A program made the translations under genes and the position numbers. Below the pieces are notes generated by a model. It saw only the letters and a list, made by a program, of their open reading frames with translations, was not told where the DNA came from and did no database searches. A stretch of DNA of 64,000 bases from IMG/VR virus record IMGVR_UViG_3300008261_000001, positions 124,001-188,000 of that record. One strand, given 5' to 3'. This document shows positions 1 through 9,299 of the stretch, piece after piece. Every line of letters starts with the position of its first letter. Positions within the stretch are counted from its first letter, which is position 1.

Positions 1-1255
1 CTTGATCCACTTGTACGCTCATAGACTGAAGTGGAGCGGCGGCGAGGGCGAGGTTAATGAAAGGTCTAACAAGTGGAGGGGTATTACTAGCAGGGTGATA
101 AAGCATAACCTGCTCTATAGCCGCCTTCATCCACGCCTCTGCCTTAGACTCTGACATTAGCTCCACACCCCTAAGAAAACCAGAATCGGTACAAATCTTA
201 TGGGAGATAGAGTGTGTCGTAGAGCCAATAAAACGACCAGAATCCGATGCTCCATTCGAGTACTTAGATGCCCTAGACTTCAACTCGTTAGAAGCCTCCT
301 TGCCGAAGGTCGTGGCGATTATCTGATCAGGGCTGGCACCTAACTCGTTAATGGTGTAGGCGATCTTAGATGCCAACACACGAGTCTTACCAGAACCTGC
401 ACCCGCAGCAATAATCGACTTACCCGTCACCATCATCGCTTCCTCTTGCTCTGGAGTGAGCCTTTGGATCTCTCCAGTTCGAGTTTGGAAACTTGTGTTG
501 GTGTTGATTACACGACCCGCCTCTGCCAACAAAGCCTGCCTGTCTTCCGAACCTTTCGTCATATCCAAGAGCTTGTCGTACAAAACCTCGCGGTTTTGAA
601 GCATCTTGATCTGCTCCCCTTCAGGCAAACCACCCGCCCTGATCCTCGCATCTAAGCTCTTAATCTCCCCCGCCAGCTTCGCTACCTCCCTTATGTCCCT
701 AAGGCTTTGCTCCACAGGGTTCGCTTGCTCCAATAGAGCACACGCATCAGCTATCCATTTCCCTATCGACTGTGCCTTGCTCGCCCTCTCGACTAAGAGT
801 AGACCGTTAAGATCCACCATAACATCAAGACAAGCATTGCTAACCCCAATCAAAGCTACTTGAGTCGGCTTATCTGTAAAAGCTGACTTCAAAAGAGGCT
901 GACGAGTTTTAAACCAACCAAAAACACTCTTATAAACACGGCTTACAGCCACCACACGCTTTATCGTGACTTGTGGCGTCCCGACCAACCTAGATAAATA
1001 AGCCACTAAACGAGGCTTACTCTTTAAACCGTCAAACGCCTGCCCCTCAAGCAAACTTAAAATAGACTTCTCAGTTTCGAGAAACTCCTCTTTGAAACGC
1101 CTCAAGAGAGCCTCCGCATCTCCCATTAAAGCAGAAACATCGACACCGCTCTCTACAGAAAGCTCCTCAACAGCCCTAACAGCTAGAGAAAACTTGATTA
1201 AATCAGCTTGAAGCCTTGTCTCAGGCAAGGGTCCAGTAGCGGTCTTTACTCTCAT
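1..1255 (-). CDS. UvrD/Rep (SF1A) helicase with ~280-aa N-terminal extension, runs off window edge
   Basis: Not in ORF track; my translation from ATG at 1255 (MRVKTATGPL...) stays open to LTPEQEEAM..IIAAGAGSGKTRVL (Q motif + Walker A) and IIATTFGKEASNEL; AGGAG RBS upstream. Confidence 0.9.
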   Translation of the reverse strand, partial: MRVKTATGPLPETRLQADLIKFSLAVRAVEELSVESGVDVSALMGDAEALLRRFKEEFLETEKSILSLLEGQAFDGLKSKPRLVAYLSRLVGTPQVTIKRVVAVSRVYKSVFGWFKTRQPLLKSAFTDKPTQVALIGVSNACLDVMVDLNGLLLVERASKAQSIGKWIADACALLEQANPVEQSLRDIREVAKLAGEIKSLDARIRAGGLPEGEQIKMLQNREVLYDKLLDMTKGSEDRQALLAEAGRVINTNTSFQTRTGEIQRLTPEQEEAMMVTGKSIIAAGAGSGKTRVLASKIAYTINELGASPDQIIATTFGKEASNELKSRASKYSNGASDSGRFIGSTTHSISHKICTDSGFLRGVELMSESKAEAWMKAAIEQVMLYHPASNTPPLVRPFINLALAAAPLQSMSVQVDQ

Positions 1256-1317
1256 AAGTAGCTCCTATGTGTGCTTAGATTATCCAAACACACATAGGGT
1301 TATAAACAAAGTATAAA

Positions 1318-2391
1318 TTATAAACCCTTTGCCCCAATCCTTACATACCCACGCCTAGAACCTAACTCCCAATCACTACTTCTTAACAAGAGCTTCTTCG
1401 CACTACCTCGCCCCAAAAATACCACCTGCTTAGTCGTGTTGTTCCTTAAGTCTACACTCGCACTCTTAAACTCATAACCCAACCTCAACTTGTCCAAGTA
1501 CTCCCCACGAGCCACCGACACAACATCACCACTTGGACTCACCAACAACACCGGCTTATCCGACCACGACTTCACCTGCCCTTCCGACTTCACTTGCTTT
1601 ACTCCCTCTAGATTGGAAATCACATCGTAGTTCACCCTCTCAAGTCCATAATGCGTCCCAAACTGAAAACCATGCTCCACCACCAAGTGCTTCACCACAT
1701 CATGCTGTCCACAGCTATACACACCTATGTCCGAGCGGTAAATGTTCACCACCCCCTTCGAACATAAAGACCAACCTAATCGAAAATAATCGGATAACTC
1801 ATCTCGGTTAATGGATAAAACCACTCCGTTTTTCTCTATCCTTATTGGCTTAACCATGTTGCTCCTTCTAAGGTTCTCTCTCCTAGAAGCACAGCGAAAC
1901 CTACCCCTCAACCACTCCATGAAAATCGGGTCCCTGAGCTTAATCTTATAGGCTTCTATCCTTTTAACAGCTACGGAACCTTGCCTAGACAAGAGTACTT
2001 TTGCTCGATACTTGTTGTCTGCCCATAAAGACTTTCCAATTTGCCTAGACCGCTCTATGTTGCTTGGGTTTTTGTAAAATGCCCGCATAAAGGAAGAAGA
2101 AACCCCACGCCCACCCGCGTCCATGTTCAAACACAAAAGGTCGTGTTCCGCACCACCTATGTACTTCTCACCTATAAGCTCTCTCTCATAGGCATAGGCT
2201 TCGCTCTCATCCTCGAAGTCCTTTAAGATTTCTTTCTCAAAGTCCTGTGGGTGAGCCCTGTACTTACGCAAGAATAGAATACCAGACCCAAGATACCTCG
2301 AACCATCTGGGTCTTTAGACGAGTAAGTACCCTTGCCTATGTAGTACTCCCCCGTAACCTTGTTTAACTGCCGATACACATACGATGCCAT
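1318..2391 (-). CDS. GIY-YIG homing endonuclease (Seg-like, free-standing)
   Basis: YVYRQLNKVTGEYYIGKG...RYLGSG...AYAYERELI...LNM motifs; start moved to ATG 2391 behind GGGAG. Confidence 0.8.
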   Translation of the reverse strand: MASYVYRQLNKVTGEYYIGKGTYSSKDPDGSRYLGSGILFLRKYRAHPQDFEKEILKDFEDESEAYAYERELIGEKYIGGAEHDLLCLNMDAGGRGVSSSFMRAFYKNPSNIERSRQIGKSLWADNKYRAKVLLSRQGSVAVKRIEAYKIKLRDPIFMEWLRGRFRCASRRENLRRSNMVKPIRIEKNGVVLSINRDELSDYFRLGWSLCSKGVVNIYRSDIGVYSCGQHDVVKHLVVEHGFQFGTHYGLERVNYDVISNLEGVKQVKSEGQVKSWSDKPVLLVSPSGDVVSVARGEYLDKLRLGYEFKSASVDLRNNTTKQVVFLGRGSAKKLLLRSSDWELGSRRGYVRIGAKGL

Positions 2392-2475
2392 TAAAGCTCC
2401 CTTCAAAGTAGTTCTTGAAGGGTAGCATATACAAACACCTCAGTCAAATAATACCTCTGTCAAAATAACCCTATT

Positions 2476-3447
2476 TTACGACACTTCTGACCAATCCCAA
2501 TCCCCTGTTAACCCGTTAGCAGAGTAGTCGCTCACCGTGCCTTCAAAGAAGTTCTTGAAGGAGTCTCCGCTAATGATCCAATCGAGCCAAGAGATGGGGT
2601 TATCTTTTTGCTTAAAGATGGGTTTAAGACCAAGCTGTAGGAGTCGTCTATCAGCGAGGTAGCGGATGTAGGTCTTGATGTCTTTAGAGGTGAGGTCGTT
2701 GATGGCACCGTCTTTTGGAAAGACGAGGTCAACGAGAGCGTCTTCGAGTTCGACTGCCTTTTCGTAGTTGGTGTAGATGTACGACTTGAGGTCGTCACGC
2801 ACAACGCGGGGAAACTGCTCAATGTAGGCGTGAAAGAGCTTGGTCATGCCCTCTACATGAAGGGTTTCATCACGGATGGACCATTCCACGATTTCGCACA
2901 TACCCTTCATCTTTCCAAAACGCTGATAGTTAAGGAGCATGACGAAGGCAGAGAACAAGCTCATGCCCTCATTACAGACGGAGCGGGCAAGCTCAAAGGC
3001 GAGGTGGGTAGCCTTACCGAGACCCTCAGGAGCTTGGGTCATAAACTCGATCTTTTCCCGCATCTGCTGAAACTCAAGGAAAGCTGAGTACTCGCTCTCA
3101 GCCAAACCAAGCGTATCGTTCAGTAAAGCGTAAGCCCGCTGATGCGTCCCCTCACGATTGGCGAAGGATAACAACATATTTCGGATTTCGTTGTTCTTGA
3201 ACGCCTTGATGAAGATGTCGCAGTAGTTGCCACCTACAGCCACATCGGACTGAGTAAATATCCTCAGTATCTGAGTGATGTGTTCTTTCTCAGTGGGGGA
3301 AATGACCCCACCTTTCCATTGGTTCACATCGTCTTGTAGCTTGGCTTCCCAAGAACCCCAATGGATTTTCTCATGTTCTTCCGCAGCTTGCATAGCCCAC
3401 GGATAGGTGAAGGGCTTATAAGTCTTACTTGGATCTACGAGGCTCAT
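2476..3447 (-). CDS. nrdB: Ribonucleotide reductase class Ia beta subunit
   Basis: YKPFTYPW, FTQSD, EGTHQRAY, EGMSLFSAF, WSIRDETLH, NFFEGTVSDY; start at 3447 after GGAG. Confidence 0.95.
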   Translation of the reverse strand: MSLVDPSKTYKPFTYPWAMQAAEEHEKIHWGSWEAKLQDDVNQWKGGVISPTEKEHITQILRIFTQSDVAVGGNYCDIFIKAFKNNEIRNMLLSFANREGTHQRAYALLNDTLGLAESEYSAFLEFQQMREKIEFMTQAPEGLGKATHLAFELARSVCNEGMSLFSAFVMLLNYQRFGKMKGMCEIVEWSIRDETLHVEGMTKLFHAYIEQFPRVVRDDLKSYIYTNYEKAVELEDALVDLVFPKDGAINDLTSKDIKTYIRYLADRRLLQLGLKPIFKQKDNPISWLDWIISGDSFKNFFEGTVSDYSANGLTGDWDWSEVS

Positions 3448-3567
3448 ATATGTCTCCGATAGGATAGAGGGGGGAGTACCATACCCTCCCCTATCTATGA
3501 GAGACACCTATACAAGATCTAGTTGCGTTTTACTAACGCAGACCCACTTAACGCTCCCTTGTTCTCT

Positions 3568-3747
3568 CTAGAGCCCTATCCTCTTTCCCAACGGGATCAG
3601 CATCCCCTTGTATTGCTTTTTCTCCGTTGGGGAGAGAGTCATGAAGATAGCCGAGGCTTCAGAGTAAAGGGCTACAGCCTCCCCTAGCTTGCCTTGATCC
3701 ATAGCGTCTATGCCGTCTAGGATTAACAATAAAAGTTTCTTAGTCAT
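3568..3747 (-). CDS. Small hypothetical protein (59 aa, MTKKLLLLILDGIDAM...)
   Basis: Own translation; start overlaps the end of the upstream ORF; below ORF-track cutoff. Confidence 0.5.
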   Translation of the reverse strand: MTKKLLLLILDGIDAMDQGKLGEAVALYSEASAIFMTLSPTEKKQYKGMLIPLGKRIGL

Positions 3748-3925
3748 CGTGAAGTGCTTCCTCTCTCTTGTCGTATGCCCACAACCAGTCTTCTCTGGAG
3801 GGGGCTTGTTTCATGGTGTCGCTGAACTCAGCGAGCGTCTTATCGAAATCGCTACCCGTCACAGCGAAGTATGTGAGGGTTATGGCGAGGTTCTCGATCT
3901 TTTGTCTAAAGGCTTGCTTATCCAT
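3740..3925 (-). CDS. Hypothetical protein
   Basis: 61-aa ORF with AGGAG RBS. Confidence 0.65.
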   Translation of the reverse strand: MDKQAFRQKIENLAITLTYFAVTGSDFDKTLAEFSDTMKQAPSREDWLWAYDKREEALHDD

Positions 3926-3999
3926 TTTTTTGGTTCTCCTTGTGTAGTTGTTTTTTCAGCGACATTGAGGGACTATCTACCCTATTCTCCACACGCTAG

Positions 4000-4401
4000 T
4001 TAGGAGAGGGCTGATAGATAAAAATACTTATTGTAGTTAAGGGCTGAGACAGGGACACGCTGTACGAGGGTGAACTGACACTCCTCGAAGAGCTTGAGGT
4101 CAAACTCGGTTGCGTTTCGGCTCGCGGTCGAGGGTAGCATAACAACCACAGCGTCCCAATCCTTGAGGGTCACAAACCCTCCCTTACACTCGGTGGTGGT
4201 CAAACCTTTAGCGAGGGCGGCGGTGGACGGATGAGCGGGATTGATAGCGTTCTCAAGAACGCCCTTCTCCTCCGCAAGAGCGATGACCTCCTTCGCTTGG
4301 TCCGCTGTGAGGTCTTGGAAGTGGGCGAACCCCTCGCCCTCGATCATGCGGTTGGTGAAGGCGGAGCTGAGAACAATGCGGTTGGTAGGGAACTTGATCA
4401 T
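4000..4401 (-). CDS. DUF1874 (STIV B116 / AcrIII-1 ring nuclease)-like protein, divergent
   Basis: RIVLSSAFTNRMI ~ family YLxNAFSxNML; ENAINPAHPSTAALA ~ SAIGHxSTAxL; VTLKDWDAVVV ~ IKLxxGDxLxV; right size; AAGGA RBS. Confidence 0.6.
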   Translation of the reverse strand: MIKFPTNRIVLSSAFTNRMIEGEGFAHFQDLTADQAKEVIALAEEKGVLENAINPAHPSTAALAKGLTTTECKGGFVTLKDWDAVVVMLPSTASRNATEFDLKLFEECQFTLVQRVPVSALNYNKYFYLSALS

Positions 4402-4447
4402 GTATGTGTCCTTCGGAGTGTGTTGGTTCTGTCGCTGTCCCCCCTAC

Positions 4448-4544
4448 TAATGAGCTAGTTCCCCACTTGGGATAAAAATGAGAAAAAAATCTTTTTTTGA
4501 AAAACCTTTCCACTTTTTATCCCAAGTGGGGAACTAGCTCATTA
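4448..4544. promoter_or_regulatory. Perfect 31-bp inverted repeat made of two divergent TATCCCAA-N12-CTCATTA promoter-like elements
   Basis: 4448-4478 TAATGAGCTAGTTCCCCACTTGGGATAAAAA is the reverse complement of 4514-4544; faces genes 4401(-) and 4583(+). Confidence 0.8.
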
Positions 4545-4582
4545 ATGGGTGCGTACACACCCACACAGCTAAGGAGTCCCGC

Positions 4583-4822
4583 ATGGGCTACTACGAGCTT
4601 CAGCAGACCACCAACGACTTTGTCCTCGACACCGCCATGTCCCTCGACGATAAGCCCCTCACGGAAGCACAGCTCACCAAGCTCGTCAACACCTATATCC
4701 GCAAGGTTGCCCGTACTAAGGAGGGCAAGCTCGACCTCGCTGATGTCCTCGGGCTCAAGAAGGTGGAGAACATCCTCCCCTCCCTCGTCCGTCGGGTGAA
4801 GAACACTCAGAAGATCAAGTAA
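4583..4822 (+). CDS. Hypothetical protein (TATCCCAA-motif gene)
   Basis: 79 aa, AAGGAG RBS, C-ending codon bias. Confidence 0.75.
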   Translation: MGYYELQQTTNDFVLDTAMSLDDKPLTEAQLTKLVNTYIRKVARTKEGKLDLADVLGLKKVENILPSLVRRVKNTQKIK

Positions 4823-4840
4823 GACCCACCCCCACTCCGC

Positions 4841-7516
4841 TCACCCCTGACAGCTAAGGCACTCGTCTACTTCTTTAAGTGCCTTACGCTCGACCTTTTG
4901 GGAGACTTTATCTGCCACCACACCTGCTGAGGTACGGAGGTAATAGAGTCCCTTAAGTCCCTTCTTCCAAGCGGACAAGTGAACAGCGTTGACATAGTTC
5001 ACATCTGACCCTGCTGGAAAGAACAAGTTGACGCTCTGACCTTGACATATCCATTCTTGGCGGACAGAGGCGTGTTCGACTATCCACATTTGGTCTAGCT
5101 CGAACGCGGTCTTAAATACCTGCTTGTCGTGGTCGGTTAAGAAATCCAAGTGCTGTACGCTCCCTTGTTTAAGGATAACAGATTGGATAGTTTCATTGAG
5201 CCAACCATCGGGATTCTCTTGGGATAAGCTGTGAGTTTTTAGTTTATCCAATAGGTATTTATTCACCTGTAGGAAAGAACCTGCCCTAGTTCTATGGGTA
5301 AAGGCGTTGGACTTCCACGGCTCAATAGAGGGTGAAGTATCCAAAATGATGGCGGAGTTAGCGTTGGGGGCGATGGCGAGGAGGTGCGAGTTCCTCATGC
5401 CTGTGCCGATGCCGTCTAGGTACTCACCTTTAAGCTGTGCTAGACGCTGAGAAGAAGCGACCGACTTATCTTTTATGTGGTTAAAGATTTTCCTATTGGC
5501 GATGGTAGCCCAGAGGGACTCGAAGGCGATGTTTTTCTTTTGTAGATAGGAGTGGAAGCCCATAGTGCCGAGTCCAAGCGACCGCTCGTGTTTAGCCGAG
5601 TAAATAGCTTTGGATAACTTAGCGGGTGCATGGTCTATGAAGTACTGAAGCACATCGTCTAGGAACTCAACCAAGTCCTCAACGATGGTGGTGTTTTCCC
5701 ACTCGTCAAAGTACTCTAAGTTTAGGCTGGAGAGACAACAGACAGCGGAGCGGTCTTTGGCTGTGGGAAGATGGATCTCGTTGCAGTTTCCTGTGAGAAC
5801 CCCATTGAAAACACCCATATGTCGTAGGGGCTCGTTAAAACAATAGGTGTCTGCATAACCGTTTTCAGTCACACTCTCGATCTTGACGAAGCGAGAGGCA
5901 GAGCGGGAGGGTGTATGTTGTTCGATGGTGAGTCGGTGTGTCTTCAGTCCAAGATTGAGGAGCTTTTGTGTGTCTACGGAGTTAATAAGGATACGCCACG
6001 CTTCACGACACCTATAAACGCCTCCGCCTCTGACTCCGAAGTCGATGTTCCTCTCGCCTGCGAAGTGGGAAATCTTCGGTTGTACACCAAGAGTGTTGAG
6101 CATGAGGCTCAAGTCGGTCAAGAAACCCCTATTTGTGGACACTAGCTGTAGTGACTGATTTTTACCATTTCTTGACACACAACCGTCAGCGTCTAAGAGA
6201 CCAGAGAGCCAATCCATTCTCGTCTTGAGAGATAGGTTCAAAGGCACCTGAAACTTGGGCTTAATGTCTGATTTTGGATATTTCACAACGAGTCGGTTTT
6301 GATCCTCGTTTCTGTAAACCTTAGCCTGTGGGGTAATCAACTTATCCAATAAGGAGGTCTTTGCTCCATAAAGATAAGTGATGGGTTGCTTCACTTGGTT
6401 GTATGTCCCGTCTCCTGTGAAAAATCCGCAAGCATAAGCATTTTCCCAATAGCCTTGTCCATCGACTGTAGGTAAATCAAACTTCAGTAGCTTGAGTCCG
6501 CTCTTGAGGTCTTTTGCTTCAAGGACTCTCTCATTTTCGTCATAAAACTTGTGATAAGGGGTTGTATTAAGGGTGACTCCATTAGTGAGTTTCACCTCCA
6601 AAATCTGTTGGTTTTCACCCGTCTTTAAGATCCGAGTTTGAGACCAAGTCTTTCCATTCCAAACCTCCACCTCACGCCCCACTAGAGACTCAATCGGAAA
6701 GTATCCATTTTTCGTTAAGATTTGTGTGTCGCCTCTAACGCACAGATTAGAGCCGTGTATTTCTAACCCTTTGTCTTTGAGGGCTTGGGGTAAATGGCGA
6801 TTAGCCGTATCTATGAAGTTCAAGTAAGGCTCACCTGTACGAAACCTTACCTCTAAGATTCTCTGCCAAAGGCTACGGGCATCTAGGGTGTCCCTCACCT
6901 CTTTGCTCTTAGGGTCGATCAAGTCCCATGTGCCTCCCTTGAACACCGCCTCCATGAACTTATCCGTGATGTTGATGGCGTTGTTGAGGGTGAAGCACTT
7001 TCTGTTCGTATCTCCACCTGTGGGGACACGGATATTTAAGAACTCTACGATGTCGGGGTGGGACACCTCCAAATAAGCCGCATACGAGCCTTTACGGGTT
7101 GAACCTTGCTTATAAGCACCCATGTCGGCATCGACCGTCTTTAGAAAGGGAATGGGTCCAGGGGCTTTATTGGATACCGAGCGTATATTTGACCAATGTC
7201 CACCTACACCACCACCCAAGACGCTCATCCACCGCAGTTCTTCGGAGTGAGAAATCAACCCCTCGATGGTGTCGTCCACATAGGTGAGAAAACAAGAGAT
7301 GGGCATCCCTTGTCCCTCAGCGTTGGATAAGATGGGTGAGGAGAACATGAACCAACCTTTAGAGGCGTAGTCGAATATCCTCTGAGCTAGTTCTTTGTTG
7401 GGCGTGTACGCATAAGCGGCTCTCTTAAAAGCGTCTAGGGGAGAGCTGTCTTCTCCCTTTAGGTAGTAGCTCTCTAATAAAGACTTGGCGTGGTCTGAAA
7501 AATGGAAACTATCCAT
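4841..7516 (-). CDS. nrdA: Ribonucleotide reductase class Ia alpha subunit (no ATP cone), intein-containing
   Basis: FSSPILSN, PISCF, GGGVG, GEPY, GSNL/CNEI, VCCLSSLNL, AIAPNANS, QGQSVNL, KGLYYLR, C-terminal CLSCQG. Confidence 0.96.
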   Translation of the reverse strand: MDSFHFSDHAKSLLESYYLKGEDSSPLDAFKRAAYAYTPNKELAQRIFDYASKGWFMFSSPILSNAEGQGMPISCFLTYVDDTIEGLISHSEELRWMSVLGGGVGGHWSNIRSVSNKAPGPIPFLKTVDADMGAYKQGSTRKGSYAAYLEVSHPDIVEFLNIRVPTGGDTNRKCFTLNNAINITDKFMEAVFKGGTWDLIDPKSKEVRDTLDARSLWQRILEVRFRTGEPYLNFIDTANRHLPQALKDKGLEIHGSNLCVRGDTQILTKNGYFPIESLVGREVEVWNGKTWSQTRILKTGENQQILEVKLTNGVTLNTTPYHKFYDENERVLEAKDLKSGLKLLKFDLPTVDGQGYWENAYACGFFTGDGTYNQVKQPITYLYGAKTSLLDKLITPQAKVYRNEDQNRLVVKYPKSDIKPKFQVPLNLSLKTRMDWLSGLLDADGCVSRNGKNQSLQLVSTNRGFLTDLSLMLNTLGVQPKISHFAGERNIDFGVRGGGVYRCREAWRILINSVDTQKLLNLGLKTHRLTIEQHTPSRSASRFVKIESVTENGYADTYCFNEPLRHMGVFNGVLTGNCNEIHLPTAKDRSAVCCLSSLNLEYFDEWENTTIVEDLVEFLDDVLQYFIDHAPAKLSKAIYSAKHERSLGLGTMGFHSYLQKKNIAFESLWATIANRKIFNHIKDKSVASSQRLAQLKGEYLDGIGTGMRNSHLLAIAPNANSAIILDTSPSIEPWKSNAFTHRTRAGSFLQVNKYLLDKLKTHSLSQENPDGWLNETIQSVILKQGSVQHLDFLTDHDKQVFKTAFELDQMWIVEHASVRQEWICQGQSVNLFFPAGSDVNYVNAVHLSAWKKGLKGLYYLRTSAGVVADKVSQKVERKALKEVDECLSCQG
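5786..6742 (-). mobile_element. Intein with LAGLIDADG endonuclease (319 aa) at the catalytic SNL/C site of NrdA
   Basis: Begins CVRGDTQILT, has TTPYHKF, GFFTGDG and LSGLLDADG, ends DTYCFNEP..GVLTGN followed by C+1. Confidence 0.92.
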
Positions 7517-7649
7517 TTTTTATTTCTCCGTAGTTTTTAAGTTAATGGGAGTCGTACCCTATGCGGGCAGGACTCCCATCTATTATAGTGTTGACTGAAC
7601 AGCTTGTGGTTTATTCAACCCTTCGCTGTGGAACGATAGTAGTGCTTAT

Positions 7650-8594
7650 CTAAACACTAAAAACTTTCACGACTCCTACCTTAAACTTTACCCACGGATC
7701 CCTAGCACCCATACGCACCGCATCCTCACATTCATAAAGATGTCTCAGTAGCTTTCTTATCCTCAACACACCTAAGGCTTTGACTTTAGGGATGAGCATA
7801 TTCTCCACAAACCACGGATTCTTACCTGTGTCTTCTGCGATCCTCTGTGGTGTGTGTTTCGCCTCTAAACGCAAACCTATATCTATCCATTGCACGAGGT
7901 TGTACAACAATAATCCGTTACACACAGCCATCGTTTGGTCTGTAGATGTTGTGTTCTCTATCTTCTGACAGAGTTTTAGAAACTCCACCATATTTCCACT
8001 CGCCACAGAATCCACCAACTCGGCTCCATGTATTTCGGATAGTTCTGAAATACAACCCTTCACTATAGGGGCGGTTATCTCTTTAGTACCTTGCTTATGT
8101 GGCACACAAGCCATGTACTTTTTAAGCTCCCACCTCAAAACACCCAAATCCGTACCCACTCGCTTCACTATGGCATCGGCTAAGTTAGCCTTAAGCTCAT
8201 AACCCTCAGATTTGACGAAATCTAAAACAAAGTCCACCGCCCATTTCCGCTTCTCATTGTCGTACTTGGGCTCGTCTAGCTTTAAAGACGGATAAGTCTC
8301 TAAAGCCTTTGGAAGCCTATCGTTACGCTGAACCACCAACATCTCAACACCTGTTAAGCTCTCCAACACATTGGATAGTTTCTTCAACTTGGTGGGGTTA
8401 TTTAAAACTACAAATAAGGGATCCGTATCGAACAAGCTCGATTCACAAGACGCTAAGACCTCTTGCTCGTTAAGGTCTTTGCAGTCAACTTCACGCACCT
8501 CAAACCCTTTTGCCCTTTGTTCCTCTAAGATTGAGGCTAACCTCAGATTTATCCAATCTTCTGACGACCCATAGATGGTTCTAATCACCTGCAT
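7650..8594 (-). CDS. holA: DNA polymerase III delta (clamp loader)-like protein
   Basis: IYGSSEDWI, SLFD..FVVL, AIVKRVGTDLGVLRWELKK, KNPWFV, LYECEDAVRMG match the delta-subunit layout. Confidence 0.7.
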   Translation of the reverse strand: MQVIRTIYGSSEDWINLRLASILEEQRAKGFEVREVDCKDLNEQEVLASCESSLFDTDPLFVVLNNPTKLKKLSNVLESLTGVEMLVVQRNDRLPKALETYPSLKLDEPKYDNEKRKWAVDFVLDFVKSEGYELKANLADAIVKRVGTDLGVLRWELKKYMACVPHKQGTKEITAPIVKGCISELSEIHGAELVDSVASGNMVEFLKLCQKIENTTSTDQTMAVCNGLLLYNLVQWIDIGLRLEAKHTPQRIAEDTGKNPWFVENMLIPKVKALGVLRIRKLLRHLYECEDAVRMGARDPWVKFKVGVVKVFSV

Positions 8595-8627
8595 TTGCCC
8601 CTTTGGGTTGTGGGTTAAGATTCACTC

Positions 8628-8669
8628 TCATTATAGGCTACTAGGGCTTCATTATAGGCTACTAGGGCT
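8628..8669. repeat. 21-bp tandem duplication containing TATAAT on the minus strand
   Basis: TCATTATAGGCTACTAGGGCT twice, just upstream of the holA-like gene. Confidence 0.85.
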
Positions 8670-9246
8670 ACAACCCTAAGAAGTACCCATAGAGGGCGAC
8701 TTGACTCATCTGTGGTCGCCTCAATAACGACTTCAACCCCTCCGTATAGAACCTCAAGTCTCCCCTCTTAACACTCACTTCCACTAACGCTTCTAAAATG
8801 CCCCTATAATCGTCTTTTGAGAGGCTACCCACTACCCCACATACCCCCAAGAGGTTATCTTGCAATAGAGCCTCAAATAAACGCTCTCCTTCCTCATAGA
8901 GTCGGTGGCGTGTAGGGGGAGCAAAGTGATAACGCTCCCCACAGCGAGAGCGGATGGTTTCTGGGACCGATCCAAAGTCGTAAGCCCAAAGGATAAGCTC
9001 AGGTGCTCCCACATAGGGTTCCTCGATACGCTTGAGGAGAATATCCAATGTAGAGGGGTTGGCTTCGTCTAGGGGTCCAGCGACTAGGGTTGGATTCTTA
9101 TGAGGCCAAGTTTGGCTGTAAGCCTCGACCAAGTCCCTTACAGCGTCTGCCTTTAAATCTCTGTAGGGTGGCTTCACTAGGGTCTTACCCTCTAGGAGTT
9201 CACCGAGTCCTGTCTCCACACCTAGTCCATGATGTATCAGTATCAA
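8668..9246 (-). CDS. DNA polymerase III delta'-like protein (shortened)
   Basis: LKADAVRDL, LDILLKRIEEP, VPETIRSRC (SRC motif of clamp loaders). Confidence 0.75.
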   Translation of the reverse strand: MILIHHGLGVETGLGELLEGKTLVKPPYRDLKADAVRDLVEAYSQTWPHKNPTLVAGPLDEANPSTLDILLKRIEEPYVGAPELILWAYDFGSVPETIRSRCGERYHFAPPTRHRLYEEGERLFEALLQDNLLGVCGVVGSLSKDDYRGILEALVEVSVKRGDLRFYTEGLKSLLRRPQMSQVALYGYFLGL

Positions 9247-9299
9247 AGTCCTCTACCCCTTCTCGGTCTTACTTTATGTGTGACCATCACATATAGAGC

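Noticed and set aside
4253-4799. Two ORFs sharing FYPKWGTSSL
   Set aside because: Artefact of translating both arms of the 31-bp inverted repeat; they overlap better-supported genes
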